Part shown: piece after piece, positions 8,585-18,118 of the stretch | How the letters are laid out: each line of letters begins with the position of its first letter | Position numbering within the stretch: the first letter of the stretch is position 1 | Assembly: GCF_000284115.1 (NCBI RefSeq) | Contig: NC_017080.1 | Location: forward strand, 810,001-842,000 | Reading direction: 5' to 3' | Source of the DNA: Phycisphaera mikurensis NBRC 102666 | GTDB lineage: Bacteria; Planctomycetota; Phycisphaerae; Phycisphaerales; Phycisphaeraceae | DNA: 32,000 nucleotides | Position numbers and translations under genes: made by a program | The notes under the pieces: model-generated | Database searches by the model: none | What the model was told of the DNA's origin: nothing | What the model saw: only the letters and a program-made list of their open reading frames with translations

Positions 8585-9461
8585 ATCCGCGGGCGAGCGC
8601 CCCGGCCGCGCGGGCGGCGGGGTCCACCGCGTAGAAGTGAAGGACCATCCCCCCGTAGCGGTGGCTCTCCGGCTCCGCCAGCCCGGCGTGGAGCGGGGGC
8701 TGCACGCCCGCGGGCGTCCGCAGCACGAGGATGCCGTCCTCGTCGAGCTTGGGCGTCAGCGCCGCGAGCAGCTCCGGCGTGGGGTCGGGCTCCTGCCGGG
8801 GTTCCCGGGTCGGCCGCGACGCCCGCGCCGGCGGCTTCCGGTTGTTCTTGTTCTTGCGCTTCCGCGGGCCGGGCTCGCGGGGAGCGTCGGCCACGCCGCC
8901 GTAACGCTCGCGGCCGATCGCGTCGACGACGCCGGAGGATCTGCCCAGGGAGGCAAGCACCTCCTCGGCCTCGGCCGCCGCGACCGCGGCCTCGAGCGCC
9001 TCGAACTCCGCGGCCTCGATGGCTGCCTCCGCGGCGGCGGTCTCGGCCGCGGAGTCGACCTCGCGTGGGGGCCGCACCAGCGGGTACGGCGGGTCGAGCG
9101 TGACGAGCGCGAGCCCCGCGTCGGGCAGGGCGTGGGCCCAGAACGGCGGCAGGGCGGCGGCGGCGATGACGTGCGCCCGCTTCTGTTCGCGCAGCGTCGC
9201 GACGTTCCGCTTGAGGCGGGCGATCGCGTCGGCGTCGCGGTCCACGAAGGTGCAGCGCTCGGCCCCGCGCGAGAGCGCCTCCAGCCCGATGCTGCCGGTC
9301 CCGCAGAAGACGTCGAGTGCCTGGCCCCAGCCGACGACGCCCATCGTCGTGAGCCGGTTGAACATCGCCTCCTTCACGCGGTCGGTGATCGGCCGGGTCG
9401 TCCGCTCATCCTCGGGGCCCTCGAGGGGGCGTCGCTTGTGGGTGCCGGCGATGATGCGCAT
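8568..9461 (-). CDS. rsmD: 16S rRNA (guanine966-N2)-methyltransferase RsmD family
   Basis: MRIIAGTHKRRPLEGPEDERTTRPITDRVKEAMFNRL...ALDVFCGTGSIGLEALSRGA...LVTLDPPYP; the track ORF extends to 9932 but homology starts at MRIIAG. Confidence 0.92.
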   Translation of the reverse strand: MRIIAGTHKRRPLEGPEDERTTRPITDRVKEAMFNRLTTMGVVGWGQALDVFCGTGSIGLEALSRGAERCTFVDRDADAIARLKRNVATLREQKRAHVIAAAALPPFWAHALPDAGLALVTLDPPYPLVRPPREVDSAAETAAAEAAIEAAEFEALEAAVAAAEAEEVLASLGRSSGVVDAIGRERYGGVADAPREPGPRKRKNKNNRKPPARASRPTREPRQEPDPTPELLAALTPKLDEDGILVLRTPAGVQPPLHAGLAEPESHRYGGMVLHFYAVDPAARAAGALARGSADRG

Positions 9462-9604
9462 GAGCGCTGAGCGTACGGCGGGTTCGTTGCTCCCCGGGGG
9501 CCCATAAGCTGAATCGAACGGAAGCGTTCCGCGACGAACCGCGTTGCACGGTCGAGGATTTCCTTCAGTGGGAGGGCGATTGGGAGCTGTGGCGGGGGAC
9601 CGCG

Positions 9605-10069
9605 GTGGCGATGTCCCCTCCGCCCGGCGTGCAGCACGCGCGGGTGGCGGGCAACCTGTTCTACGAGCTCCAGTCGCAGCTGGAGGCAACCGGTGCCGGC
9701 TGCCGCTGCGAGATCCTCGCGGAGATGGATCGGCACGTCTCCGATGACGAGGTGCTCCCACCGGATCTGCTGATCGTGTGCGACCCCACGCAGGACCGCT
9801 GGGTGAAGAAGACGCCGGAGCGGGTGGTCGAGGTGGTCTCGCCGTCTTCCGTCCGCCGCGACACGATCCGCAAGCGGGGCCCCTCCCGCGAAGCCGGCGT
9901 GCGGTCCTGCGTTCTCGCCGACCCCGAGACACGGAAGCTCCGCTGCCTCCACCTCGACGAGGACGGCGAGTACGTGGCCGGTCCGCCCGGATTCGAGCTT
10001 CACGACGGCTGCCGCGTCCGCGTGGATCCCGAACGCGTCTGGGACGGCCTCGCCGACACCGCCGGGTAG
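9605..10069 (+). CDS. Uma2 family protein (putative PD-(D/E)XK-like restriction endonuclease fold)
   Basis: AMSPPPGVQHARVAGNLFYEL, LPPDLLIVCDP, ERVVEVVSPSSVRRD are typical Uma2/DUF820 motifs. Confidence 0.8.
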   Translation: MAMSPPPGVQHARVAGNLFYELQSQLEATGAGCRCEILAEMDRHVSDDEVLPPDLLIVCDPTQDRWVKKTPERVVEVVSPSSVRRDTIRKRGPSREAGVRSCVLADPETRKLRCLHLDEDGEYVAGPPGFELHDGCRVRVDPERVWDGLADTAG

Positions 10070-10078
10070 CGTCCGCGC

Positions 10079-10966
10079 ATGGCCAACGCGAGAAAGAAGC
10101 GGACGCTCGCCGAGCGGGCCGACAAGTACCGGCTGTACCAGCTGAGCGTGCAGGGCACCGACGCGGACTGCGACTTCTTCGAGCAGGCGTACCGCGAGGC
10201 GTTCGGCGGGGAGCCGCGCCGGCTGTGGGAGGACTTCGCCGGGGCCTTCGCCGTCTGCTGCGCCTGGGTGAAGCGGGGGAAGAAGCGGACGGCCGTCGCG
10301 GTCGACCTCGACCCCGAGCCGCTGGCGTGGGGGCGGGCGAACAACCTGGCGGAGCTTCCGGAGAAGAAGGCGGGGCGGATCGAGGTTCTCGAGGGCGATT
10401 GCCTCGATGCGTCGCTGTCCGAGGGGCGGGAGCCCGCCGACGTCGTCGCCGCGCAGAACTTCTCGTTCTGGATCTTCCGCACCCGGGCGGAGGTCACCGC
10501 CTACTTCCGCACCGCGCTGGTTCGGCTCGGCGACGAGGGCGTGGTCGTCCTCGACATGATGGGCGGCACCGACTGCACGCTGGAGGAGAACGTCGACGAG
10601 CGGGCCGTCGACGGCGCCGGCAAGCCGATCGGCACCTTCACGTACCTCTGGGAGCAGGTCAGCTTCAACCCGATCACCCACGACGCGGTCTTCCGCATCG
10701 GCTTCCGCTTCCGCGACGGCTCGTCCATCCCGACGGCGTTTCGGTACGCGTGGCGCTTCTGGAGCATCCCGGAGGTCCGCGAGATGCTGCTCGAGGCCGG
10801 CTTCGCCGACGCCCGCACCTACTGGTCGGTCGAGGACGAGAACCGCGAGGACACCGGCGCGTGGGCGCAGGCCGGCGACGCCCGGCAGGACCCGGCCTGG
10901 CTGGCCTACGTGGTGGGCGTGAAGCGGCCGCCGGTCGCGGGTCACTCGCCGGCGACCCGCTCGTAG
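10079..10966 (+). CDS. class I SAM-dependent methyltransferase-like protein
   Basis: LWEDFAGAFAVCCAWVKRGKKRTAVAVDLDPEPLAWGRANN...VLEGDCLD...VVVLDMMGGTD resembles SAM-binding motifs. Confidence 0.75.
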   Translation: MANARKKRTLAERADKYRLYQLSVQGTDADCDFFEQAYREAFGGEPRRLWEDFAGAFAVCCAWVKRGKKRTAVAVDLDPEPLAWGRANNLAELPEKKAGRIEVLEGDCLDASLSEGREPADVVAAQNFSFWIFRTRAEVTAYFRTALVRLGDEGVVVLDMMGGTDCTLEENVDERAVDGAGKPIGTFTYLWEQVSFNPITHDAVFRIGFRFRDGSSIPTAFRYAWRFWSIPEVREMLLEAGFADARTYWSVEDENREDTGAWAQAGDARQDPAWLAYVVGVKRPPVAGHSPATRS

Positions 10967-12741
10967 AGCAGCACCTCCGATCGCGGCAGCGGCCAGCGCT
11001 GGGCCTGGCGGGCGGGTTCGGCCGCGAGCCAGGCCTCGGCGGCGGGCGGCAGGCCGCCGCCGCCGCCGTCGCGGATCGTGAGCAGCCGGTCCGCGGCGTC
11101 CGCGGCCGGTTCGGGCCGCGGGTCGCCGAACGCCGCTCTGGAGGCCGCGGACGCGCCGCGGCGGCGGAGCTCGGCGGCGACGGCCGGGCCGCGGACCCGG
11201 CCGGGCTCGAAGCGGGGCCGGCCCGCCGCCTCGGCTTCGAGCAGGGGCGCCACGACCGCGGCGGCGGCCCGGGCGTCCGGGTAGCCGACGCGCCGCGGGA
11301 ACGCCGCGGTGGCGTCCGCGTGAAGCGCGGCGACCGCGGGGAGGCCGGCGGCGGCGAGCACCAGCGCCGCCGCCGAGGCGGCGCGGACGCGGCGGTGGAG
11401 CCGGCACGCGGAGGCCGCGGCGGCGGCCGGCACGGCGGCGAGCACCAGCAGCGCCGGGAAGGCGGAGGACAGGGCCCACCAGGGCAGCGGCGGGACGCCG
11501 GCGGCAGCCATCACCGCCGCCGGGCCGAGGAGCACGCCCAGGGCGAGCGCTCGTCGCCGACCGCCGGCGGCGAGGCAGCACGCGACGCCGCAGACGATCC
11601 ACGCGAGCAGCAGGCCGCGCCCGGCGGGGCCCAGCGGGAAGGCCATCTGCCGCCACGCGATGCGCAGGTTCCAGCCGAGCGTCCCGAAGCGCTCGGCAAC
11701 GCTCAGCGGCTCGATGGACGCGTGGCCGACCGTCGCGATCGCGTTCTCCTGCAGCCCCCGCACCAGCAGCGGCGGCAGGTAGAGGAGGAACACCAGCGTC
11801 CCGGTGGCCGCGGCCAGCGTGCCGGCGCCGCGTAGCCGCCGCATCCAGCTGGCGCGGCCCGGCCAGGCCAGGACGGCCACGACGGCGGCGGCGAAGGGGA
11901 GCAGCATCAGCGGCACCGCCCACGCCCCGGCCGCGGCGACCACCGCGGCCCCGGCCGCGGCGCCCGGCCGCCCGCGGGCGATCCGCGGGACCAATGCGAA
12001 GAGCAGGCACGCCGCCAGCAGCACCAGCGGGTGGCCCCGGGCGTTGGTGCCCAGCTCGACCGCGTACGCGGAACCCGCGAACAACGCCGCCACCGCCAGC
12101 GCCGGCCACGCCCGGAGCACCGCACGGGCCGCCAGGAAGAGGGCCGGCACGCAGAGCGTGGCCGCCACGGCGGCGGGAAACCGGGCCGCGGCGGCCGACT
12201 CGCCGAAGGCCGCGACCGAGCCCCGCAGCAGCAGCGAGTGCAGGAGGTGGTTGTTGGTGTTCTTCCAGACCGAGAGGATCACCAGCGGCGACGCCTCGCC
12301 GTGGCTGAGGAGCGTCGCAGCCTCGTCGGTCCGCAGCGGCGTGTCCATGCCGGCGGCCAGCCGCGCCGCGAGCAGCCCGGTGAGGGCGGCGAGCGGCAGC
12401 GCCACGCCGCCGCGTGCGAGCGACCGCCCCAGCCGCGGCACCTCCCGCCGCGCCGCCGCCGCGATTGCCGCGGTGATGCGGGCCCCGCGCGCGAGGCAGA
12501 AGCCGGCGAGCAGCGCAAGCGGGAGCGCCGCGACGGCCGCCCGCACCCGCAGCCCCGCGACGAGGTCCCCCGGCGGGGTCGCTCCGCCGCGGTTCGCGCC
12601 GACGGCGGCCGCCGCCGCCGAGAGGTGCTCCACGGGCGAGAGGGCCACCGCCACCACTGTCAGCCACGCCGCCGCCACCGGGAGGAAAAGCAGAAGGCCC
12701 GCCCGGCCGCCGGCATCGTTCGGGCGGGGGCGAGGAAACAT
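10942..12741 (-). CDS. polytopic membrane protein, probable glycosyltransferase family 39-like
   Basis: 599 aa, many hydrophobic helices, and DTPLRTDEAATLLSHGEASPLVILSVWKNTNNHLLHSLLLR (R-x-D-E plus NNH-L-H region as in GT39-like proteins). Its 3' end overlaps the convergent methyltransferase ORF by about 25 bp. Confidence 0.7.
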   Translation of the reverse strand: MFPRPRPNDAGGRAGLLLFLPVAAAWLTVVAVALSPVEHLSAAAAAVGANRGGATPPGDLVAGLRVRAAVAALPLALLAGFCLARGARITAAIAAAARREVPRLGRSLARGGVALPLAALTGLLAARLAAGMDTPLRTDEAATLLSHGEASPLVILSVWKNTNNHLLHSLLLRGSVAAFGESAAAARFPAAVAATLCVPALFLAARAVLRAWPALAVAALFAGSAYAVELGTNARGHPLVLLAACLLFALVPRIARGRPGAAAGAAVVAAAGAWAVPLMLLPFAAAVVAVLAWPGRASWMRRLRGAGTLAAATGTLVFLLYLPPLLVRGLQENAIATVGHASIEPLSVAERFGTLGWNLRIAWRQMAFPLGPAGRGLLLAWIVCGVACCLAAGGRRRALALGVLLGPAAVMAAAGVPPLPWWALSSAFPALLVLAAVPAAAAASACRLHRRVRAASAAALVLAAAGLPAVAALHADATAAFPRRVGYPDARAAAAVVAPLLEAEAAGRPRFEPGRVRGPAVAAELRRRGASAASRAAFGDPRPEPAADAADRLLTIRDGGGGGLPPAAEAWLAAEPARQAQRWPLPRSEVLLYERVAGE

Positions 12742-12804
12742 GCGGATCGACGGTCACCTCCGGCGGCTGGAACGGCCGGGACGCCATCGACCAGTTCCCC
12801 TGCC

Positions 12805-12841
12805 CGCGCCAGCCGCTTCGCGTTGCAAAGCGGCTGGCGCG
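12805..12841. promoter_or_regulatory. 14-bp perfect hairpin, 9-nt loop, between the divergent GT39-like gene and rpsD
   Basis: cgcgccagccgctt-cgcgttgca-aagcggctggcgcg. Confidence 0.7.
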
Positions 12842-13031
12842 AGCAATCGCTGGGCCAAGGGCCGAGGAGGATCGAGGGAGGGTCCACGGGACGCGTTGCT
12901 TGGTTCCCATCGAGCGGCGGGAGAAGGGCTGCCACCCGCTCCCGCTGCCGTTCCCCGCCGCGAACCCCGCACGGCGCCGCGCCGCGCCGCGTTCCGGCCG
13001 GCTTGACGTGGCGGCGCATCTCGCCACACTG

Positions 13032-13150
13032 GCGGGTTCGCAGCCCGAGCGTCGGGCTGAACCCGCGGGAGTCCCGGTGCAACGCCGGCGACTGCGACGT
13101 CGCAGCCGCGACCGAGCTCCCCGAGAGGCCGGAGGCGCCACGCGCGCCTC
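13032..13150 (+). promoter_or_regulatory. structured region upstream of rpsD with three consecutive hairpins (candidate regulatory 5' leader)
   Basis: (a) gcgggttc-gc-agcccga-gcg-tcgggct-gaacccgc at 13032-13066; (b) 14-bp palindrome ctgcgacgtcgcag at 13092-13105; (c) gaggcg-ccacgcg-cgcctc at 13132-13150. Confidence 0.5.
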
Positions 13151-13200
13151 GCGGTTCTGAAAGGAAAGGATCGTCGGCGACCCCGGCGAATCAGAACAAG

Positions 13201-13803
13201 TTGGCGAACTACACCGGACCCAAGGTCAAGCTCTCCCGTCGCGTCGGCGTGCCGATCGCCGACCTCCCCAAGCACACGACCAAGCGGCAGCTCAACCCGC
13301 CGGGCATGCACGGCTTCCGGGCCCGCCGCCTGCGTGACTACGGCGTGCGGCTCAACGAGAAGCAGAAGCTCCGCTACCACTACAACGTGCTGGAGAAGAA
13401 GTTCCGCCTCTACCTCGACGAGGCGGCACGCTCCAAGGGCAACACCGGCGTGCTGCTGCTGCAGCTGCTCGAGACGCGGCTGGACAACGCCGTCCGCCGC
13501 ATGGGCTGGACCCGCTCGATCTGGGCGGCCCGCCAGATGGTCGGCCACGGGCACGTGCTGGTCAACGGCAAGCGGGTCGACATCCCCAGCTACCGGCTGC
13601 TGGTGGGCGACACCGTCGAGGTCCGCACCGACAAGGCGAAGAAGCTCGCCCGCGAGAACATGGAGAGCCTGGCCGGGCTCGAGGTGCCCGAGTGGCTCAA
13701 CGCCAACCCGGCGGAGCTGTCGTGCAAGATCGCGTCGCTGCCCAGCGTGGACGAGGTGCCGTTCGACGTGAACATGAACCTCATCATCGAGTTCTACCGC
13801 TAG
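13201..13803 (+). CDS. rpsD: 30S ribosomal protein S4
   Basis: (TTG start)ANYTGPKVKLSRRVGVPIADLPKHTTKRQLNPPGMHG...LLQLLETRLDNAVRRMGW...ARQMVGHGHVLVNGKRVDIPSYRLLVGD...; ends in EFYR. The track ORF starts far upstream, but homology begins at the TTG. Confidence 0.96.
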   Translation: MANYTGPKVKLSRRVGVPIADLPKHTTKRQLNPPGMHGFRARRLRDYGVRLNEKQKLRYHYNVLEKKFRLYLDEAARSKGNTGVLLLQLLETRLDNAVRRMGWTRSIWAARQMVGHGHVLVNGKRVDIPSYRLLVGDTVEVRTDKAKKLARENMESLAGLEVPEWLNANPAELSCKIASLPSVDEVPFDVNMNLIIEFYR

Positions 13804-13810
13804 TCGTCCT

Positions 13811-13829
13811 CGGCGGGCGCTGCCCGCCG
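13811..13829 (+). terminator. GC-rich hairpin just after the rpsD stop (terminator-like, no T-tract)
   Basis: cggcgggc-gct-gcccgccg, 8 nt downstream of the stop codon. Confidence 0.45.
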
Positions 13830-14045
13830 CCGGGAGCGGCAGGCCAAGAGCAGGAGGCGGAGAACCGGAGGCCAAGGGTCGGAGCCGGGCTCCGGCGGTC
13901 GTCGATGCGGCGGCTCGCGGCGGTGGGGCCACCTCCTCGACCCGACGCCGGCGTCCCGGGCGTCGCCACCCGGCGAGGCCGCGGCTCCGCGGGTCGATCG
14001 GTTCCCCGCGGCGGCGGATCGATCTTCTGCTGCGCCCGCTCGATC

Positions 14046-14091
14046 CCGCGGACCGCGGCGTTCCGGCGGCTCCGGGCCGCACGGTCCGCGG
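14046..14091. repeat. 46-bp element copy 3: CCGCGGACCG-N26-CGGTCCGCGG
   Basis: Perfect 10-bp arms 14046-14055 and 14082-14091; spacer cggcgttccggcggctccgggccgca (26 nt). Ends 13 nt before the ATG at 14105. Confidence 0.85.
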
Positions 14092-14104
14092 GTACGCTCG
14101 CCCG

Positions 14105-15448
14105 ATGGCGATGCGGATCCTTCGCGTGGGCGTGGCGGCGGTCCTCGGCTTCCTGGTGACGCTGCCGGCGTCCGCGGCGCCGCTCGATCGGCCCTTCCCG
14201 CTGGCGGTGACGGTGGAGGGCACCGGGCAACGCGTGGGCGGGCGGGTGGTGGAGGCGGACCGGCGCGGGATCACGCTCGAGAACGCGAGCGGGCGGCTGT
14301 CGCTCGCCTGGCAGGAGCTCGACGAGGCGGCACTGCTGCTGGCGCGGGGCCGGGTGCTCGGCCGCGACGACGGGCGTGGCTGGGTGGAGACGGCGTGGTG
14401 GGTGGCGGAGCGGGGCGGCCGCGGCTCGGCGGTGGAGTCGGCGCTGGCGCGGGCGGTCCGGGCGGATCCGGCGATGGCTTCCGAGGCGGCGGCGGTCCGC
14501 GGCGGTGCGTCGCCTTCTTGGGTCGGAGAGGGAACCGGGAAGCTCGTCCCCGCCGACGAGCGGACGCCGACGCCCGGGGAAGCCGCCGCCGCCGGCGACG
14601 CGGCCGGCGTGCCCGAGACGGTCGGCGTCGCGATGCCGCAGCGGTGGGGCACGCTGCCGCCGGAGGTCCACGCGGAGGGGCTCGCCGAGCAGGAGGCCTG
14701 GCTCGCGGAAGCGATGGCGCAGGCGGGGGTCTCGCTGGCGGTCGGCCGCGACGTCTCGGCGAATTTCCTGCTCGCGACCGACTTGGAGCCGGCGGAGGCG
14801 AGGCGGTGGGCCCGCGAGCTCGATCGGATGTACACGGCCGTGTGCGGCATGTTCGAGCTGGACCCGGCGGCACCGCTGTTCCTGGGCAAGGCGCTGGTGG
14901 TGATCTTCCGGGAAGCCGACGATTACCACCGCTGGAACCTCGCGGTGCACGGCGACCCGATGCACGGCACCAGCGGCGTCTGCCGCGGCTACGGCGACGG
15001 CCACGTCCGCATCTGCTTCTACCGGCAGCGGGACACCGCCTCCTTCGCCCACCTGCTCGTGCACGAGACCACCCACGGCTTCCTGCACCGGCTCCGCAGC
15101 CCGGCCCGCGTCCCGTCCTGGCTGAACGAGGGCCTGGCGGAGACGATCTCGCGGCGGCTGTTCCCCGAGGCCGACTCCCCGCGGCTGCTCCGCCGCGTCG
15201 CGGCCGAGTACGTGGGCGAGGCGGTGCGGGCACCCGCCACCTTCTTCGACGCCGGCAACATCCCGGGGCCGTACTACCCCGTCGCCCACGGCTTCGTCGA
15301 GTTCCTGCTCCGCCAGGACGGCGAGCGATTCCGCCGCCTGATCGACGCGATCAAGGACGGCGAGGACGCCACGGCCGCGCTCGCGGAGGGCTACGGCGTC
15401 CCGGCCGAGCGGCTGCTGCGGCTGTACGCCGACGAGGCGCGGCGTTGA
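14105..15448 (+). CDS. secreted protein with HExxH zinc-peptidase-like (peptidase MA-like) domain
   Basis: Signal-peptide-like N-terminus MAMRILRVGVAAVLGFLVTLPASAAPLD; C-terminal LLVHETTHGFLHRL...SWLNEGLAETISRRLF resembles the gluzincin HExxH...E arrangement. Confidence 0.72.
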   Translation: MAMRILRVGVAAVLGFLVTLPASAAPLDRPFPLAVTVEGTGQRVGGRVVEADRRGITLENASGRLSLAWQELDEAALLLARGRVLGRDDGRGWVETAWWVAERGGRGSAVESALARAVRADPAMASEAAAVRGGASPSWVGEGTGKLVPADERTPTPGEAAAAGDAAGVPETVGVAMPQRWGTLPPEVHAEGLAEQEAWLAEAMAQAGVSLAVGRDVSANFLLATDLEPAEARRWARELDRMYTAVCGMFELDPAAPLFLGKALVVIFREADDYHRWNLAVHGDPMHGTSGVCRGYGDGHVRICFYRQRDTASFAHLLVHETTHGFLHRLRSPARVPSWLNEGLAETISRRLFPEADSPRLLRRVAAEYVGEAVRAPATFFDAGNIPGPYYPVAHGFVEFLLRQDGERFRRLIDAIKDGEDATAALAEGYGVPAERLLRLYADEARR

Positions 15449-16062
15449 GCGCGCAGGACGGCCGCGTCCTGCCGATCGTCGGCCTCGCGGGCGCCCCCGG
15501 ATCGGGCAAGAGCGCGGTCGCGGAGCTGCTCCGCGGCCTCGGCGGCGTCGTGGTCGACGCCGACCGGCTCGCGCGGGAAGCGGCGGAGGCGCCGGAGGTG
15601 CGCGACGCGGTGCGGGGCTGGTGGGGCCCGGGCGTGCTGGAAGAAGACGGCTCGCTGGACCGCGCGGCGGTGGCGGCGATCGTCTTCGAGCGGCCGGGCG
15701 CGCGGCGACGGCTGGAGGGGTTGATCCACCCGCGGGTGGCCGCCGGCCGCGAGCGGATCCACGCCGAGGCGGCCGCCGACCCCGCCGCGCGCTTCCTTGT
15801 GGAAGACTGCCCGCTGCTCGTCGAGAGCGGGCTCGCGGCGGGGTGCGACGAGGTCTGGCTGGTCGAGGCGCCGTTCGAGACGCGGCGGGATCGGGTCGCC
15901 CACCGCGGATGGGACGCGGAGCAGCTGCGGCGCCGCGACGCCGCCCAGGCGTCGCCGCGGCGGCGGCGGGCGGCCGCGACGCGGGTGCTCCGCAACGGCG
16001 GCGGGCCGGCGGACTTGGCGGCGGCGGTGGCGGACGCGGCGGCGGGGATGGGGATCGCGTGA
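15445..16062 (+). CDS. coaE: dephospho-CoA kinase
   Basis: IVGLAGAPGSGKSAVAELLRGLGGVVVDADRLAREA, IHPRV, EDCPLLVESG. Probable TTG start overlapping the upstream TGA (TTGA). Confidence 0.88.
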   Translation: MSAQDGRVLPIVGLAGAPGSGKSAVAELLRGLGGVVVDADRLAREAAEAPEVRDAVRGWWGPGVLEEDGSLDRAAVAAIVFERPGARRRLEGLIHPRVAAGRERIHAEAAADPAARFLVEDCPLLVESGLAAGCDEVWLVEAPFETRRDRVAHRGWDAEQLRRRDAAQASPRRRRAAATRVLRNGGGPADLAAAVADAAAGMGIA

Positions 16063-16120
16063 GGGCGCAGGTGCGCGTCCGCGGATCGGCTGGCGGGCCG
16101 CTCGCGGCCGCGGTTGGGCC

Positions 16121-16137
16121 CTGCAGCGGCCTGCTAG
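16121..16137. repeat. solo copy of the 26.5-kb palindrome terminal sequence CTGCAGCGGCCTGCTAG
   Basis: Identical 17 nt to 26676-26692, located between coaE and rho. Confidence 0.7.
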
Positions 16138-16146
16138 TCTCTCATC

Positions 16147-16184
16147 GGGCCGCGACGCCCCGCCCGGCGGGCGGGGCGCGGCCC
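16147..16184 (+). promoter_or_regulatory. very strong GC hairpin between coaE and rho
   Basis: gggccgc-gac-gccccgccc-ggc-gggcggggc-gcggccc: 16 bp of pairing with a 3-nt bulge and a 3-nt loop. Confidence 0.6.
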
Positions 16185-16325
16185 GGGCATGAGCCGCCCT
16201 CCCCCCGGGGGCCGGCATGAAACGGTCCCTCCCGAAAGGGCGGGCGGATGCCGACCCGGACGGCCTGCGCGCGGCGCGGTGCGCCCGGCCCTCCACCAGA
16301 CCCGAAGAAGCCGAACCCACCTCTC

Positions 16326-17933
<1,608 letters not shown>

Positions 17934-18062
17934 GGGCGGCGGCTGCGCCGCTCCTGCCGCCTTGCGGCAGGCAAGAGACGGAGCGACGGGGCGGGCGGGT
18001 GTCGCGCGCTGCGGTTGCTTGGACCGCGCAGGTCGGTTTTGGGGGCGGGGCGTGGACTGGAG

Positions 18063-18118
18063 AAGAGACGAAGAGACGAAGAGACGAAGAGCCGAAGAGC
18101 CGAAGAGACGAAGAGGGA
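18063..18118. repeat. tandem 8-bp repeat AAGAGACG (about 7 units, some AAGAGCCG) with inverted partner at 18156-18173
   Basis: aagagacg x3, aagagccg x2, aagagacg, aagaggga; cttcgtctcttcgtctct at 18156-18173 is the perfect reverse complement of 18064-18081. Confidence 0.9.

Noticed and set aside
10942-10966. Convergent overlap between the methyltransferase and the GT39-like gene as a possible antisense regulator
   Set aside because: Short 3' overlaps of about 25 bp are routine in compact GC-rich genomes.
8568-10966. rsmD-Uma2-methyltransferase cluster as a restriction-modification or defence island
   Set aside because: rsmD is a housekeeping rRNA enzyme, the second methyltransferase lacks DNA-MTase motifs, and there are no specificity, helicase, toxin or mobile-element genes.
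13003-13031. Sigma70-like promoter TTGACG-N16-CACACT upstream of rpsD
   Set aside because: The -10 match is poor (3 of 6), so it is mentioned only as a weak possibility and not listed as a feature.
9374-13141. 1255-aa plus-strand ORF spanning several genes
   Set aside because: Runs across the Uma2, methyltransferase and GT39-like genes in a different frame or strand, low-complexity Arg/Gly/Ala content, no domain.
16079-16113. Possible fifth member of the 46-bp family (CCGCGGATCG ... CGGCCGCGG) upstream of rho
   Set aside because: The spacer is about 16 nt and the second arm has a deletion; in such GC-rich DNA this is too weak to count without a genome-wide model.
18063-18118. Possible CRISPR-like array (regular short repeats)
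   Set aside because: The units are 8 bp tandem with no spacers and no cas genes nearby; it is a microsatellite.
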